Of a DNA stretch of 46,019 nucleotides, positions 19,013 through 27,461 are shown piece after piece. Positions within the stretch are counted from its first letter, which is position 1, and each line of letters starts with the position of its first letter. The notes under the pieces are model-generated. The model did not search any database, was not told the DNA's origin, and saw only the letters and a list, made by a program, of their open reading frames with translations. A program made the position numbers and the translations under genes. Source of the stretch: a virus (Duplodnaviria; Caudoviricetes); the IMG/VR virus record IMGVR_UViG_3300030330_005866, positions 1 to 46,019 of that record; one strand, written 5' to 3'.

Positions 19013-19456
19013 ATGCAAAACGATTACGAAATGTCATTTGAAGAGTTCGCCTCTGTCATGAGTGCCGAAGAACTTATTGAAGCAAAAAAAAGACCCGGAC
19101 CTAAATCTGGAGCGCAAACACCTTCTAAACCAAGTGAACGTCGGCGCGGCTCCAAGAAAAATAAACCCGGAAGTGCTGGTAAAAAAGGCGGTAAAATCAC
19201 CTTCTCAGAAAAGACGATCACGAGTCTTAAAAACAAAGTCAAAGAGCACAACGAAAAACACAAAAGAAAAGTTACGTTGACCCAACTCAAAAAAGTTTAT
19301 CGTCGTGGAGCGGGGGCTTTTTCAGTTAGCCACAGACCGGGCCAAAGCAGACATTCTTGGGCAATGGCGAGGGTTAATATGTTTTTGAAAATGGTTCGCG
19401 GCGGCAAAGTAAAACAATCCTACAGAGACGCAGATAAAGATTTAATGAGTAAATAA
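19013..19456 (+). CDS. Basic phage protein
   Basis: LKKVYRRGAGAF...SHRPG...WAMARVNMFL. Confidence 0.75.
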   Translation: MQNDYEMSFEEFASVMSAEELIEAKKRPGPKSGAQTPSKPSERRRGSKKNKPGSAGKKGGKITFSEKTITSLKNKVKEHNEKHKRKVTLTQLKKVYRRGAGAFSVSHRPGQSRHSWAMARVNMFLKMVRGGKVKQSYRDADKDLMSK

Positions 19457-19460
19457 AATT

Positions 19461-19640
19461 ATGAAAAAATATTTTTTATTAATGTTGGCGTCCGCATCCA
19501 TATTCGTAATTGGTTGCAGTGGCAATAATTCCGGTTGTTGCGATTGCGCTTGTGGAGAGCAATGCTGTTCAACCGACAAATGCCCCGCAGCCGATTGCGA
19601 TTGCGAATGCCCCAGCAAGGACGACAATGCCACTACCTAG
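19461..19640 (+). CDS. Cys-rich metallothionein-like lipoprotein (59 aa; not in ORF track)
   Basis: MKKYFLLMLASASIFVIG-C lipobox, then SGNNSGCCDCACGEQCCSTDKCPAADCDCECPSK. Confidence 0.7.
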   Translation: MKKYFLLMLASASIFVIGCSGNNSGCCDCACGEQCCSTDKCPAADCDCECPSKDDNATT

Positions 19641-19800
19641 TAGAAAACTAAAAGAAAAGAAAAAAGACTTTTTATCGCGATGCATGAGCGATGATAAAGT
19701 TATTTCTGAATTTCCAGACAACAAGCAAAGATATGCGGTTTGCCAAACTCAACTATCTAAAGGTGAAACTTTGGAAGTGGAGTACAAAAAAGAAAAATAA
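19627..19800 (+). CDS. Small phage protein
   Basis: Probable true start MPLPS...DFLSRCM...EFPDNKQRYAVC. Confidence 0.65.
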   Translation: MPLPSRKLKEKKKDFLSRCMSDDKVISEFPDNKQRYAVCQTQLSKGETLEVEYKKEK

Positions 19801-19804
19801 CATT

Positions 19805-19936
19805 ATGCCAGAAGAGAATGCCGCGCCTCCTACTCCGTCAAACCCGTCAGATCATCAAGTTCAAACCGTGATCATGGAAAATGGTAATCCTTACCCAACA
19901 GGAGTTTTTACTACTAGCGTTGAATCAGAAGATTAA
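19805..19936 (+). CDS. Small hypothetical protein
   Basis: MPEENAAPPTPS..., follows the previous stop. Confidence 0.45.
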   Translation: MPEENAAPPTPSNPSDHQVQTVIMENGNPYPTGVFTTSVESED

Positions 19937-20133
19937 TATTTTATTATTTTTACTTCTATTCTTCTGTCTTCTATAAAACCTTCATTAAATACGTACTCTA
20001 CGATACTTTCTTTTTCCGCTTCCGTCATTAGCTGTAAAAAGTCATAAATTCTAATTTCACTCGAAGCCCAGTGGTCAGAGTTGAAAATTTCTATTGTATA
20101 TCCCAATACTATTATTTTATACTGGTCTTCCAC
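19933..20133 (-). CDS. Hypothetical protein, paralog of 23260..23472
   Basis: Shares IVxYxxxEGF...IxK; GTGTAA motif upstream. Confidence 0.65.
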   Translation of the reverse strand: MEDQYKIIVLGYTIEIFNSDHWASSEIRIYDFLQLMTEAEKESIVEYVFNEGFIEDRRIEVKIIKY

Positions 20134-20181
20134 TTTTTTATTTACACCTTAATATAAATAGTGTAATATATATATGAGATT

Positions 20182-20400
20182 ATGGAGAAAACGGTGAGAT
20201 TTTTATTAGTTTCTTGCTTGGCTTTTAGCCTTTCTCTAAATTACTTCGGATATCAAGAATTAAACAAAAGTAGAAACGCCGTTGAATATTTAAATAAATA
20301 CAAAACCGCGTTTTTGCAAGTGATGAAAAATTTAGGGATTCGCGGCGATCAAATAGAAGATATCGTCAATACTATTGACCAAACCAAAGAAACTAAGTAA
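20182..20400 (+). CDS. Small membrane-anchored protein
   Basis: N-terminal hydrophobic segment. Confidence 0.6.
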   Translation: MEKTVRFLLVSCLAFSLSLNYFGYQELNKSRNAVEYLNKYKTAFLQVMKNLGIRGDQIEDIVNTIDQTKETK

Positions 20401-20411
20401 ATAGGTTTTAA

Positions 20412-21002
20412 ATGATTAATTTAAGCAAGAATATTTGCCTTGTTCTAAATTCATCGTGGCAACCTATTTCTGTTAAAAGCGTCAAGGAGGCCGTTTCAGA
20501 TTTATTTTCAGGAAATTTCAAAGCCATAAATATAAACTACGATTCAGAAGGCAACGTTACCGAAATAATGCCAATGGATTGGGATCGGTGGATTGAATTA
20601 GATATATCAAAAGAAGACTACTATATTACATCACCAAACCTAAAGATAAAAATTCCTACAATTTTAGTTGCTACTAATTTTAATAAGATTATTTACAAGT
20701 CTCCGAAACTAAGCGCAGAGAACATTAGAAAAAGAGATAATAATATTTGCCAATACACGGGCAAAAAACTTTCTTTTAAAGATGGTTCAATTGATCACAT
20801 CGTTCCCAAATCTCGTGGAGGTAAGGATACTTGGGATAACTTGGTTCTGTGCGAGAAAAAATTAAATACTATAAAAGGAAACAAAACGCCGGACGAAGCT
20901 GGTTTAGAACTTTTGAATAAACCCAGAAAACCGCAAAAAAGATCATTTTCTGATGAACTAACAAACCTACAACACAAAGATTGGAGTCACTTCGTAATAT
21001 GA
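20412..21002 (+). CDS. HNH endonuclease (McrA-like)
   Basis: LVLNSSWQP, RDNNICQYTG, IDHIVPKSRGG, WDNLV, N..KGNKTP. Confidence 0.9.
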   Translation: MINLSKNICLVLNSSWQPISVKSVKEAVSDLFSGNFKAININYDSEGNVTEIMPMDWDRWIELDISKEDYYITSPNLKIKIPTILVATNFNKIIYKSPKLSAENIRKRDNNICQYTGKKLSFKDGSIDHIVPKSRGGKDTWDNLVLCEKKLNTIKGNKTPDEAGLELLNKPRKPQKRSFSDELTNLQHKDWSHFVI

Positions 21003-21280
21003 ATGATACCGTTCAAGAGCTAACCGACGTATTTGAGGCCAATATTTGCAACCCTGATGTAGATTATTACCGATGTTTCAATAACTTTACGGATGTTCTG
21101 ATAGAGATTCAAAAATTAGACTTGGAAGATAATAAAAAATACGATAAATCACTTTTGACAGAATTTTTGACTTGGGGTACAGAGATGCTTAGAGTAAAAT
21201 ATATAGACCCTAAAGGCATAACAGGCATGACTTTTGTAAATTGGAAAAAAGATCATTCACGAGTTAACATTTGGAAATAA
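20999..21280 (+). CDS. Hypothetical protein
   Basis: ATGA overlap with the HNH stop. Confidence 0.6.
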   Translation: MNDTVQELTDVFEANICNPDVDYYRCFNNFTDVLIEIQKLDLEDNKKYDKSLLTEFLTWGTEMLRVKYIDPKGITGMTFVNWKKDHSRVNIWK

Positions 21281-21281
21281 A

Positions 21282-21452
21282 ATGAAATTTTACGAAGTTC
21301 AGGAACAGTTAAATAATCTACACTGGAAGCACATAGCATACTTCAAGAAGAAGGCAGATGCCGAAAAATACGTAGAACAGCACAATACTAAAGTGACAGT
21401 TTATCCAACAAGAATAAGGGAATGCAAGTTTAGCAAATTAAGTGATTTTTAA
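21282..21452 (+). CDS. Small hypothetical protein (56 aa; not in ORF track)
   Basis: MKFYEVQEQL...AYFKKKADAEKYV fills the gap before the tRNAs. Confidence 0.55.
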   Translation: MKFYEVQEQLNNLHWKHIAYFKKKADAEKYVEQHNTKVTVYPTRIRECKFSKLSDF

Positions 21453-21457
21453 ACCGT

Positions 21458-21532
21458 GGCTCTGTAGCTCAGTGATAGAGCACTGGTTTTGTAACCCAGC
21501 GGTCAGCGGTTTGAATCCGCTCAGAGCCTCCA
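21458..21532 (+). tRNA. tRNA-Thr (UGU)
   Basis: Cloverleaf with acceptor GGCTCTG/CAGAGCC, anticodon loop TTTGTAA, encoded CCA. Confidence 0.85.
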
Positions 21533-21533
21533 T

Positions 21534-21607
21534 GCGGGATTAGTTTAATGGTAAAATAGGAGTCTTCCAAACTCTAGTTGTCGGTTCGATTCCGTCATCC
21601 CGCACCA
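21534..21607 (+). tRNA. tRNA-Gly (UCC)
   Basis: Acceptor GCGGGAT/ATCCCGC, anticodon loop CTTCCAA, GTTCGATTC, encoded CCA. Confidence 0.92.
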
Positions 21608-21614
21608 TTTAAAT

Positions 21615-22361
21615 ATGCCAATTTGGAAAAATACTGACTCTGGCTGGAAAACAGTTCCTCTGATGTACGACTGTTTGAATCAAGACGTTTTCTTTTGCGG
21701 TGGCGGTCCTTCATTAAAATCCGTAGACCCACACAAAATAAAGCAGTCGGGGGTATTGGTAGCTGGCGTTAACAACGTTTATCCATATATAAAGCCAGAT
21801 ATTTGGTTCGCGATGGATGACCCAGAGTGTTATTCTAGGCAGGTTTTTTGGGAGCCGTTTATAAAAATAATGCGCGGTGGGTATCAAAATAGATTATGCG
21901 AAGGTCGTGAAATTAGTAAAAATTATAATCTTTTTTATGCCGACGCAAAAAAGTTTCCGAATCAAGAAGATTTGTTTTCCGCAAAAAATCAAGACGTTAA
22001 TTTTATATGGAAGAAAAACACGATGGCTTTGGCTCTACATGTTCTGTACTGGATGGGTGCGAAGAAAATATATTTAGTTGGTTGTGATTTAAGTAACAAA
22101 AATGGAGATTACCACCACGGACAAGTATTATCTAAAGAGAACAAAAAATGGAACGCGAATTGTTATTATCACATAGTAAAATGGTTAAAATGGTTCAATG
22201 AAACCGGAAAAAAATATGACGTAGAATTAATATCTTGCACAAAAGATTCGCCAATAAATGATTTTTTGAGATACGTGGAATTAGATGATGCTTTAGAATT
22301 AACAAAGAAAGATATACCTTGGGGGGGTGAATTAACACATGTGAGTGACCTTAAAAAATGA
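21615..22361 (+). CDS. MptE/Maf-like (DUF115-type) protein
   Basis: CGGGPSL...GVNN...MGAKKIYLVGCDL. Confidence 0.7.
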   Translation: MPIWKNTDSGWKTVPLMYDCLNQDVFFCGGGPSLKSVDPHKIKQSGVLVAGVNNVYPYIKPDIWFAMDDPECYSRQVFWEPFIKIMRGGYQNRLCEGREISKNYNLFYADAKKFPNQEDLFSAKNQDVNFIWKKNTMALALHVLYWMGAKKIYLVGCDLSNKNGDYHHGQVLSKENKKWNANCYYHIVKWLKWFNETGKKYDVELISCTKDSPINDFLRYVELDDALELTKKDIPWGGELTHVSDLKK

Positions 22362-23065
22362 ATTACTTATTTGATATCGACGGAACCTTGACTTATCCAA
22401 TGCAGAAAATGGAGGGCCAACACGTTTATACATTTCTTAATTGGATGCAAAATAAAAACGTTTATTTAGTGGCGGGCAGCGATTATGGAAAAATCGCCAA
22501 ACAATTACCGTTCAGCGTTTTAAACAGATGCAATGGTGTTTTTACCTGCATGGCAAACGAATTAAGAGTTGGACAAAAAGTAATTTATCAAAATGAATTT
22601 AAACCGCCGATTAGATTACAAAATTTATTATTAGATTTTAAGCAAGAATCTAAATGTCCGAACAAGAAAAAAGACTTTGTAGAAACCAGAACAGGAATGA
22701 TTAATTTTTCCACGCTTGGCCGAAGCGCGTCCCAAAAAGAAAGAGAAGAATATTTCGCGTGGGATAAAAAGAATAAAGAACGCATCAAGATAGCAAAAAA
22801 AATAGAAAAAGAATTTCCAGAATTAGAAGCCAAAATTGGCGGGCAAATCAGCATGGATATCCAAAGGCTTGGAAGCAATAAATCCCAAGCCAGCAAATGG
22901 GTGCGCGAAAATGTCGGTGGGAAGATAGTCTACTTCGGGGATAAGTTTGATAAAGACGGAAATGATTATGATATAATGATTGACGTAAACAGAGAGAATG
23001 GAGTGGCCCATAGAGTAAATTCACCCGTAGATACTTTTAAAATTTTATCAGAAAAATATTTTTAG
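22358..23065 (+). CDS. HAD-IIB phosphomannomutase (eukaryotic PMM-like)
   Basis: LFDIDGTLT, GSD, ETRTGMINFS.LGR, GGQISMD, FGDK...GNDY. Confidence 0.85.
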   Translation: MNYLFDIDGTLTYPMQKMEGQHVYTFLNWMQNKNVYLVAGSDYGKIAKQLPFSVLNRCNGVFTCMANELRVGQKVIYQNEFKPPIRLQNLLLDFKQESKCPNKKKDFVETRTGMINFSTLGRSASQKEREEYFAWDKKNKERIKIAKKIEKEFPELEAKIGGQISMDIQRLGSNKSQASKWVRENVGGKIVYFGDKFDKDGNDYDIMIDVNRENGVAHRVNSPVDTFKILSEKYF

Positions 23066-23091
23066 ATGCCAAGAAAGGTGGAGGCGTCGAA

Positions 23092-23158
23092 GAGGCTCGT
23101 ACCTGCCTCACGCTGGTGACTGAGTGCCATGCTGAAAGGTGCGACTAGGGAAACTCAG
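23092..23158 (+). repeat. Structured repeat element copy D (core only; hexamer ACTAGG)
   Basis: 67-nt core; the 3' module is replaced by a terminator. Confidence 0.95.
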
Positions 23159-23166
23159 ATATTCAG

Positions 23167-23209
23167 CGCGGCGGTACACTTAATTTGTGCCGCTGCGTTT
23201 ATTTTTTTT
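23167..23209 (+). terminator. Intrinsic terminator
   Basis: CGCGGCGGTACA...TGTGCCGCTGCG plus T-rich tail. Confidence 0.8.
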
Positions 23210-23259
23210 ATGGCCAAATATTTATTGAAAAAGTTATTACTTAAAATGTAATATTATGT

Positions 23260-23472
23260 GTGAATGATAGTTATGAGTCTTTTGAAGTAACTGTCAATGG
23301 CATTGAAGTAAAAGTTTGCACCTACAGTGTTGGACTCGAACGAATTATCGTCCTTGACAGATACGATGATATTTGCATACAGGAAATCTTAAATATAGTT
23401 AACTATTTGAGAACCGAAGGTTTTCTTTTTTCAAATTCTCGCCCGAAAATTGAAATTGTAAAAGCCGTTTAA
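23260..23472 (+). CDS. Hypothetical protein, paralog of 19933..20133
   Basis: IVNYLRTEGF...KIEIVK. Confidence 0.65.
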   Translation: MNDSYESFEVTVNGIEVKVCTYSVGLERIIVLDRYDDICIQEILNIVNYLRTEGFLFSNSRPKIEIVKAV

Positions 23473-23485
23473 TAGCAAAAATATC

Positions 23486-23514
23486 TTGCATTGTTTGCAA
23501 AAATGTGCTATAGT
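23486..23514 (+). promoter_or_regulatory. sigma70-type promoter
   Basis: TTGCAT-17 nt-TATAGT with the AAAAAtgTGc spacer. Confidence 0.7.
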
Positions 23515-23523
23515 TACTGTACA

Positions 23524-23820
23524 ATGAATGGTACAGAAACCAAAAAACTGCTGGAAGCAAAAGTTCTCAATATCGACAAAAAAATTGTTCAGTGGGAAGA
23601 AAAATTAAATATTCTAATTGAACAACGCGAAACCGCCGAATTATACGACCCCGATTCTCAGGAAGTACAAAACATCGATAAAGAAATTAGAAAAATTCTT
23701 TTAGCCAGCGAAATGTACAAAGTAGAATTGGCAAAGTTAGAAACAGAATTAAATAAATTTTTAGTAGAAGAAGCCTTCAATGGCGAGCGCAATTCACGAA
23801 ACAAAAATAAAATATTTTAA
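23524..23820 (+). CDS. Coiled-coil hypothetical protein
   Basis: Probable start MNGTE just after the promoter. Confidence 0.65.
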   Translation: MNGTETKKLLEAKVLNIDKKIVQWEEKLNILIEQRETAELYDPDSQEVQNIDKEIRKILLASEMYKVELAKLETELNKFLVEEAFNGERNSRNKNKIF

Positions 23821-23980
23821 CATGCCTCAAAAGAAAAAATATTACGTTGTTGTTTCCAAGGGGCAGAAACACGTTTATGGAGCCTTCGATTTTTCGAAAG
23901 AAGGCTGGAAAAAAGCAAAAGATTACGCTAAATTACTCAAGCAGAATGGGGGTGAATTTGAGGTCGTAGAGGGCAAATGA
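23780..23980 (+). CDS. Hypothetical protein
   Basis: Operonic; ATGA overlap with the sigma gene. Confidence 0.6.
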   Translation: MASAIHETKIKYFNMPQKKKYYVVVSKGQKHVYGAFDFSKEGWKKAKDYAKLLKQNGGEFEVVEGK

Positions 23981-24687
23981 AAGACTATAAAAATTTAGAA
24001 GATAAAGAACTTTGCAGTTTAGCGGCTAAACAAGACGATTTGGCTTTCAATGAGTTAATTGAAAGAAATTCAGAATATATGATGGCGGTTGCTTGTAAAT
24101 TCGCGGACACTCGCGACGAAGCTAAAGATGTCTTTCAAAAGTCTTTAATTAAAAGCTGGAAGTATCTTGCTAACTTTAGAAATGATTGCGCTTTTAGAAC
24201 TTGGATTTACAAGATAATCAGAAATACTGTTTATGATCACTCTCGCTGGAAGTCGTCGAAAGCAGAGATTTCTTTAGAGGGAGAACTGACAAACGGCTCA
24301 TCAAGATGGCCTCAGTTTATGAAATTTGGAAACATTGATTTTATTACAAATAATGTAAAAATTTACCCCGCCGATTTACAACAAGATATATTTAAAACTA
24401 TCAATGCGAGCGCAGTATTTGAAGAGGCTCAAGTAAAACAAAAAACACCCGCTGAACAAAATCAAAGAGAAGAAGATTTAAAACATTTAAAAGTTTTTGT
24501 AGAAGAAGCCCTTAGTAAATTAAGCATTGAACACAGGCAATGTTTACTAATGTTTGCGGATGGATTAACTTACGAAGAGATGGCATTGGCGCAAAAAGTT
24601 CCGATTGGAACGATTATGTCGAGATTATTTTATGCTCGAAAAAAAGCTCAACATGCTTTTAGACATTTGAAAGAATATATAAATTAA
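23977..24687 (+). CDS. ECF-type sigma factor with a long sigma2-sigma4 linker
   Basis: AFNELIER, EAKDVFQ, FRTWIYKIIRN; LTYEEMA...VPIGTIMSRLFYARKK. Confidence 0.92.
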   Translation: MKDYKNLEDKELCSLAAKQDDLAFNELIERNSEYMMAVACKFADTRDEAKDVFQKSLIKSWKYLANFRNDCAFRTWIYKIIRNTVYDHSRWKSSKAEISLEGELTNGSSRWPQFMKFGNIDFITNNVKIYPADLQQDIFKTINASAVFEEAQVKQKTPAEQNQREEDLKHLKVFVEEALSKLSIEHRQCLLMFADGLTYEEMALAQKVPIGTIMSRLFYARKKAQHAFRHLKEYIN

Positions 24688-24699
24688 GTGTAAAACCCG

Positions 24700-24795
24700 T
24701 AGGCGTGTACCTGCCTCACGCTGGTCTCTGAGTGCCACGCCGAAAGGTGCAATATATGAAACTCAGCAAGGCCGCCCCGCCTTGACCCAAGGGGT
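24700..24795 (+). repeat. Structured repeat element copy E (hexamer ATATAT)
   Basis: Consensus with a compensatory change: loop TGTACCT pairs with AGGTGCA. Confidence 0.95.
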
Positions 24796-24804
24796 AAAAA
24801 TTTT

Positions 24805-25206
24805 GGGGGCGTTCTGGATTCGATTTAGATTCTGACGCCAAATAGCAAGCAGAGGATGATAGTTGGCCTCTTAAAAATCTATCATGTAATCAAATGCTAA
24901 CAATGCAGTTGATATGGCTCCTTCGGTAGCTGAAGCTGATGCGATCCTCGCTCAGTTTGGCTATCAAGAAGCCGCGATGGCAGCATAGTTCTGCCCCGTC
25001 CTGCTCAGGATTCTCGCTAGTGAGACAGGGCGACGATAGCGAGAAAAAAACTAGGGCCGAGCAGCACTAGAATAAAAGGTTGCTCAAAACTCGTGTAGGC
25101 CGTTTGTCGGTGACATGCCAAGCGAGTGTTTAACACCGACTAAGCTTGTAGAAGTTTGGAACCGAGGGTTCTAAAGACAGGGGTTCGACTCCCCTCGCCT
25201 CCACCA
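24805..25206 (+). ncRNA. ssrA: tmRNA
   Basis: 5' GGGGGCGTTCTGGATTCGA; 3' T-arm GGGGTTCGACTCCCC-TCGCCTCCACCA with G3.U70; tag ORF 24896-24988 ending in AAMAA-stop. Confidence 0.93.
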
Positions 25207-25247
25207 ATTTAATATCTGGAGTCTCATGTTTTCGTGTAATAATATAT

Positions 25248-25577
25248 ATGAAACGCGATTCGAGACTTCAAAAACAAATAACAAAGTGTCGTGCAGTAGC
25301 GCGAAAATTTGGTTATAAATTATCTGTTGATACAACAGAAGATGATGAATCTTATATCATTACAAATGAAGAAACAAAAAAAGCAGTAATAATTGGCCTT
25401 GTTGAAATAAATGGCGATGAAGTAATAGTCTCTTATTCTATGAACGTTTACAAATGGAAGTGGGCGTTAGATGAAGGCTTTACAAGGGACGAAATAATGG
25501 ATAAATTATCTGACGAAGTATTTTCTACTATTACATTAGAGTATGCTCCGTATTATTTATGCGATCAGACGAAATAA
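25248..25577 (+). CDS. Hypothetical protein
   Basis: ORF with GTGTAA motif 8 nt upstream. Confidence 0.7.
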   Translation: MKRDSRLQKQITKCRAVARKFGYKLSVDTTEDDESYIITNEETKKAVIIGLVEINGDEVIVSYSMNVYKWKWALDEGFTRDEIMDKLSDEVFSTITLEYAPYYLCDQTK

Positions 25578-25747
25578 AAAATAAAGAAAAGGTTATTGAT
25601 TTTTTAGATCAAATAATCGATCACGCCGAACAAGAAGATAAATTGCACAAACTTCAAGCCATCCAGCATCACAAGGCTTCTCAAGCCATAGGTGAAAGTT
25701 GGATGGTTTTTCATTTAAAAGCTTTAAAACAATTAATAGAAGAATAA
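25559..25747 (+). CDS. Hypothetical protein
   Basis: Operonic ORF. Confidence 0.6.
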   Translation: MRSDEIKNKEKVIDFLDQIIDHAEQEDKLHKLQAIQHHKASQAIGESWMVFHLKALKQLIEE

Positions 25748-25752
25748 TTGTA

Positions 25753-26331
25753 ATGTTTGACATAATAAAATGCGAATATCAACTACCTATTACGGATGAA
25801 ATAAAATCCAAGTTAGGAGACGATATAGATTTTTTTAAAGTTGATTGGCAAACCAAGAGTTTTGAAGATTGCCTTCTCGATAAATATACAATCGAAGATG
25901 ACGGGCAAATATACAAAGACATAATCAAAAGAAAATACAACGAAGAAAAACAATATGTTGAAGAGAAATTTGAAGGAATAGAAAAAGTAGATTACTCTGG
26001 AGAAATTCGTTTTTACATGGATTTTGTTGCCGATGATAAAGATTATTGGTTAGAATACAAGGCTTTGGCGTGGAAAGGAGAGCTAAGAGAAATAGAAGTC
26101 TATGCTTTTAGATCAATGGACAACTCTTACAGAAAAGAAATCGCCGAACAATTCAAAAAGAAAGAAGAAGATAGAAAAGCACGGGAAAAATCTTGGTGGT
26201 GGCCGCTTTTTAAGTTTTGGCGCGGTTTAATTCGTTTGCCTCTTGGCTTAATTAGGTTGATATTAGGATTTATTGTCCATTTGACATGGAAGATAGAAAA
26301 GCTTTTAACTGGCGGGCCTAAATTTTTTTAG
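25753..26331 (+). CDS. Hypothetical phage protein
   Basis: Probable start MFDIIKC...WQTK; amphipathic C-terminus. Confidence 0.7.
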   Translation: MFDIIKCEYQLPITDEIKSKLGDDIDFFKVDWQTKSFEDCLLDKYTIEDDGQIYKDIIKRKYNEEKQYVEEKFEGIEKVDYSGEIRFYMDFVADDKDYWLEYKALAWKGELREIEVYAFRSMDNSYRKEIAEQFKKKEEDRKAREKSWWWPLFKFWRGLIRLPLGLIRLILGFIVHLTWKIEKLLTGGPKFF

Positions 26332-26469
26332 TTTTCTTTGCGGCTTAGGATATTGTAAATTTTTTTTAGCTTACCGACTCTTTCGTACTGTTCTTTTGTT
26401 TTATATCTCCATACGTTAGTTGTTTCTTCTTGTATTTGGTCTTGCAGGAATCTCAAGAACCATTCTCTA

Positions 26470-26820
26470 TCAGATTCGCTTAATCGTTTCATCTATTGTC
26501 CTCATTTGTTTTAGTTGGCCTAAAAGGTTTAAGGTATTTTCGCACCTAATATATTTAGTTTTTATTGTTAGCGGGGCGTTTAATTCCGTATCTATTCTTA
26601 TGCCTGACTCTTGCCATTCCGGTAGAATAAATTCATCAACATAGTCCAACCAACCTTTGCGTTTTAGATATGGATAGAAATAATCTGTATCAAATTTACT
26701 TGCTTCTATGCAGACAGCCTCATATTTTAACTCTTGGCGAGCCATCATAGTGAGATGCCTGAAATATAACCCCTCAGAAGGAGGATCAGAAGTAAGACTT
26801 GACGAAATAATTAAATTCAT
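26470..26820 (-). CDS. Hypothetical protein
   Basis: Probable start MNLIISS with GTGTAA motif upstream. Confidence 0.6.
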   Translation of the reverse strand: MNLIISSSLTSDPPSEGLYFRHLTMMARQELKYEAVCIEASKFDTDYFYPYLKRKGWLDYVDEFILPEWQESGIRIDTELNAPLTIKTKYIRCENTLNLLGQLKQMRTIDETIKRI

Positions 26821-26897
26821 CCATATATATTTACACAAAAACAATAAAGTTTTTAAAATAATTTGATTATCTGTTGATTATTGAATAATATAAATAA

Positions 26898-27461
26898 ATG
26901 AGATTAGACCACATAGCCTACAGAGTTCATGATCGCTATGAAACTGCTCATTTTTTTGAAAAATGCCTCGGTTATTCAATCGGCACTAAATTTCAAATAG
27001 AATTTGACGACGGTTCAAAAGCCGACTGCCTAGCAATGCTTCCGCCAGAAGAGCGTCATTCTCAAATTTCAGAGTGGGAAGTGCTTCTAGCGGACACGGA
27101 CAACGAAAAAACTAAAAAAACCGAGCTAGAATTTCATAATTATCATGCTCCCCCTGAGATTTTTGTTAGTGATGGCCCGAAAGGTTCAATTGTTGGCGAT
27201 TGGGTCGAAGAAAATGGTGCTGGAGTACATCATATAGCTTATCAAGTCGAGGATGTCGAAGCTAAAATGAAAGAGTGGCAAGAAATGGGGTTTGCTGAAT
27301 TTTATTCCGATAAACCCTTGAAATGCCCCGGACTTGTGCAAGTTTTTACTAAGCCGTCAAAATTAACTGGCGTAATGTACGAGCTTATAAATAGAACTGG
27401 TGATGGTTTTTGCGAGAAAAATGTTAAAGGATTGATGGAAAGCACGAGGAAAAAGAAATGA
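26898..27461 (+). CDS. VOC-family (glyoxalase/HPPD-like) metalloenzyme
   Basis: LDHIAY...GAGVHHIAYQVED...QVFT...YELINR...GF. Confidence 0.8.
   Translation: MRLDHIAYRVHDRYETAHFFEKCLGYSIGTKFQIEFDDGSKADCLAMLPPEERHSQISEWEVLLADTDNEKTKKTELEFHNYHAPPEIFVSDGPKGSIVGDWVEENGAGVHHIAYQVEDVEAKMKEWQEMGFAEFYSDKPLKCPGLVQVFTKPSKLTGVMYELINRTGDGFCEKNVKGLMESTRKKK

Noticed and set aside
24700-24795. Repeat as a TIGR array unit
   Set aside because: No box C motif, only one variable segment per unit, and no Nop-domain Tas gene in the window.
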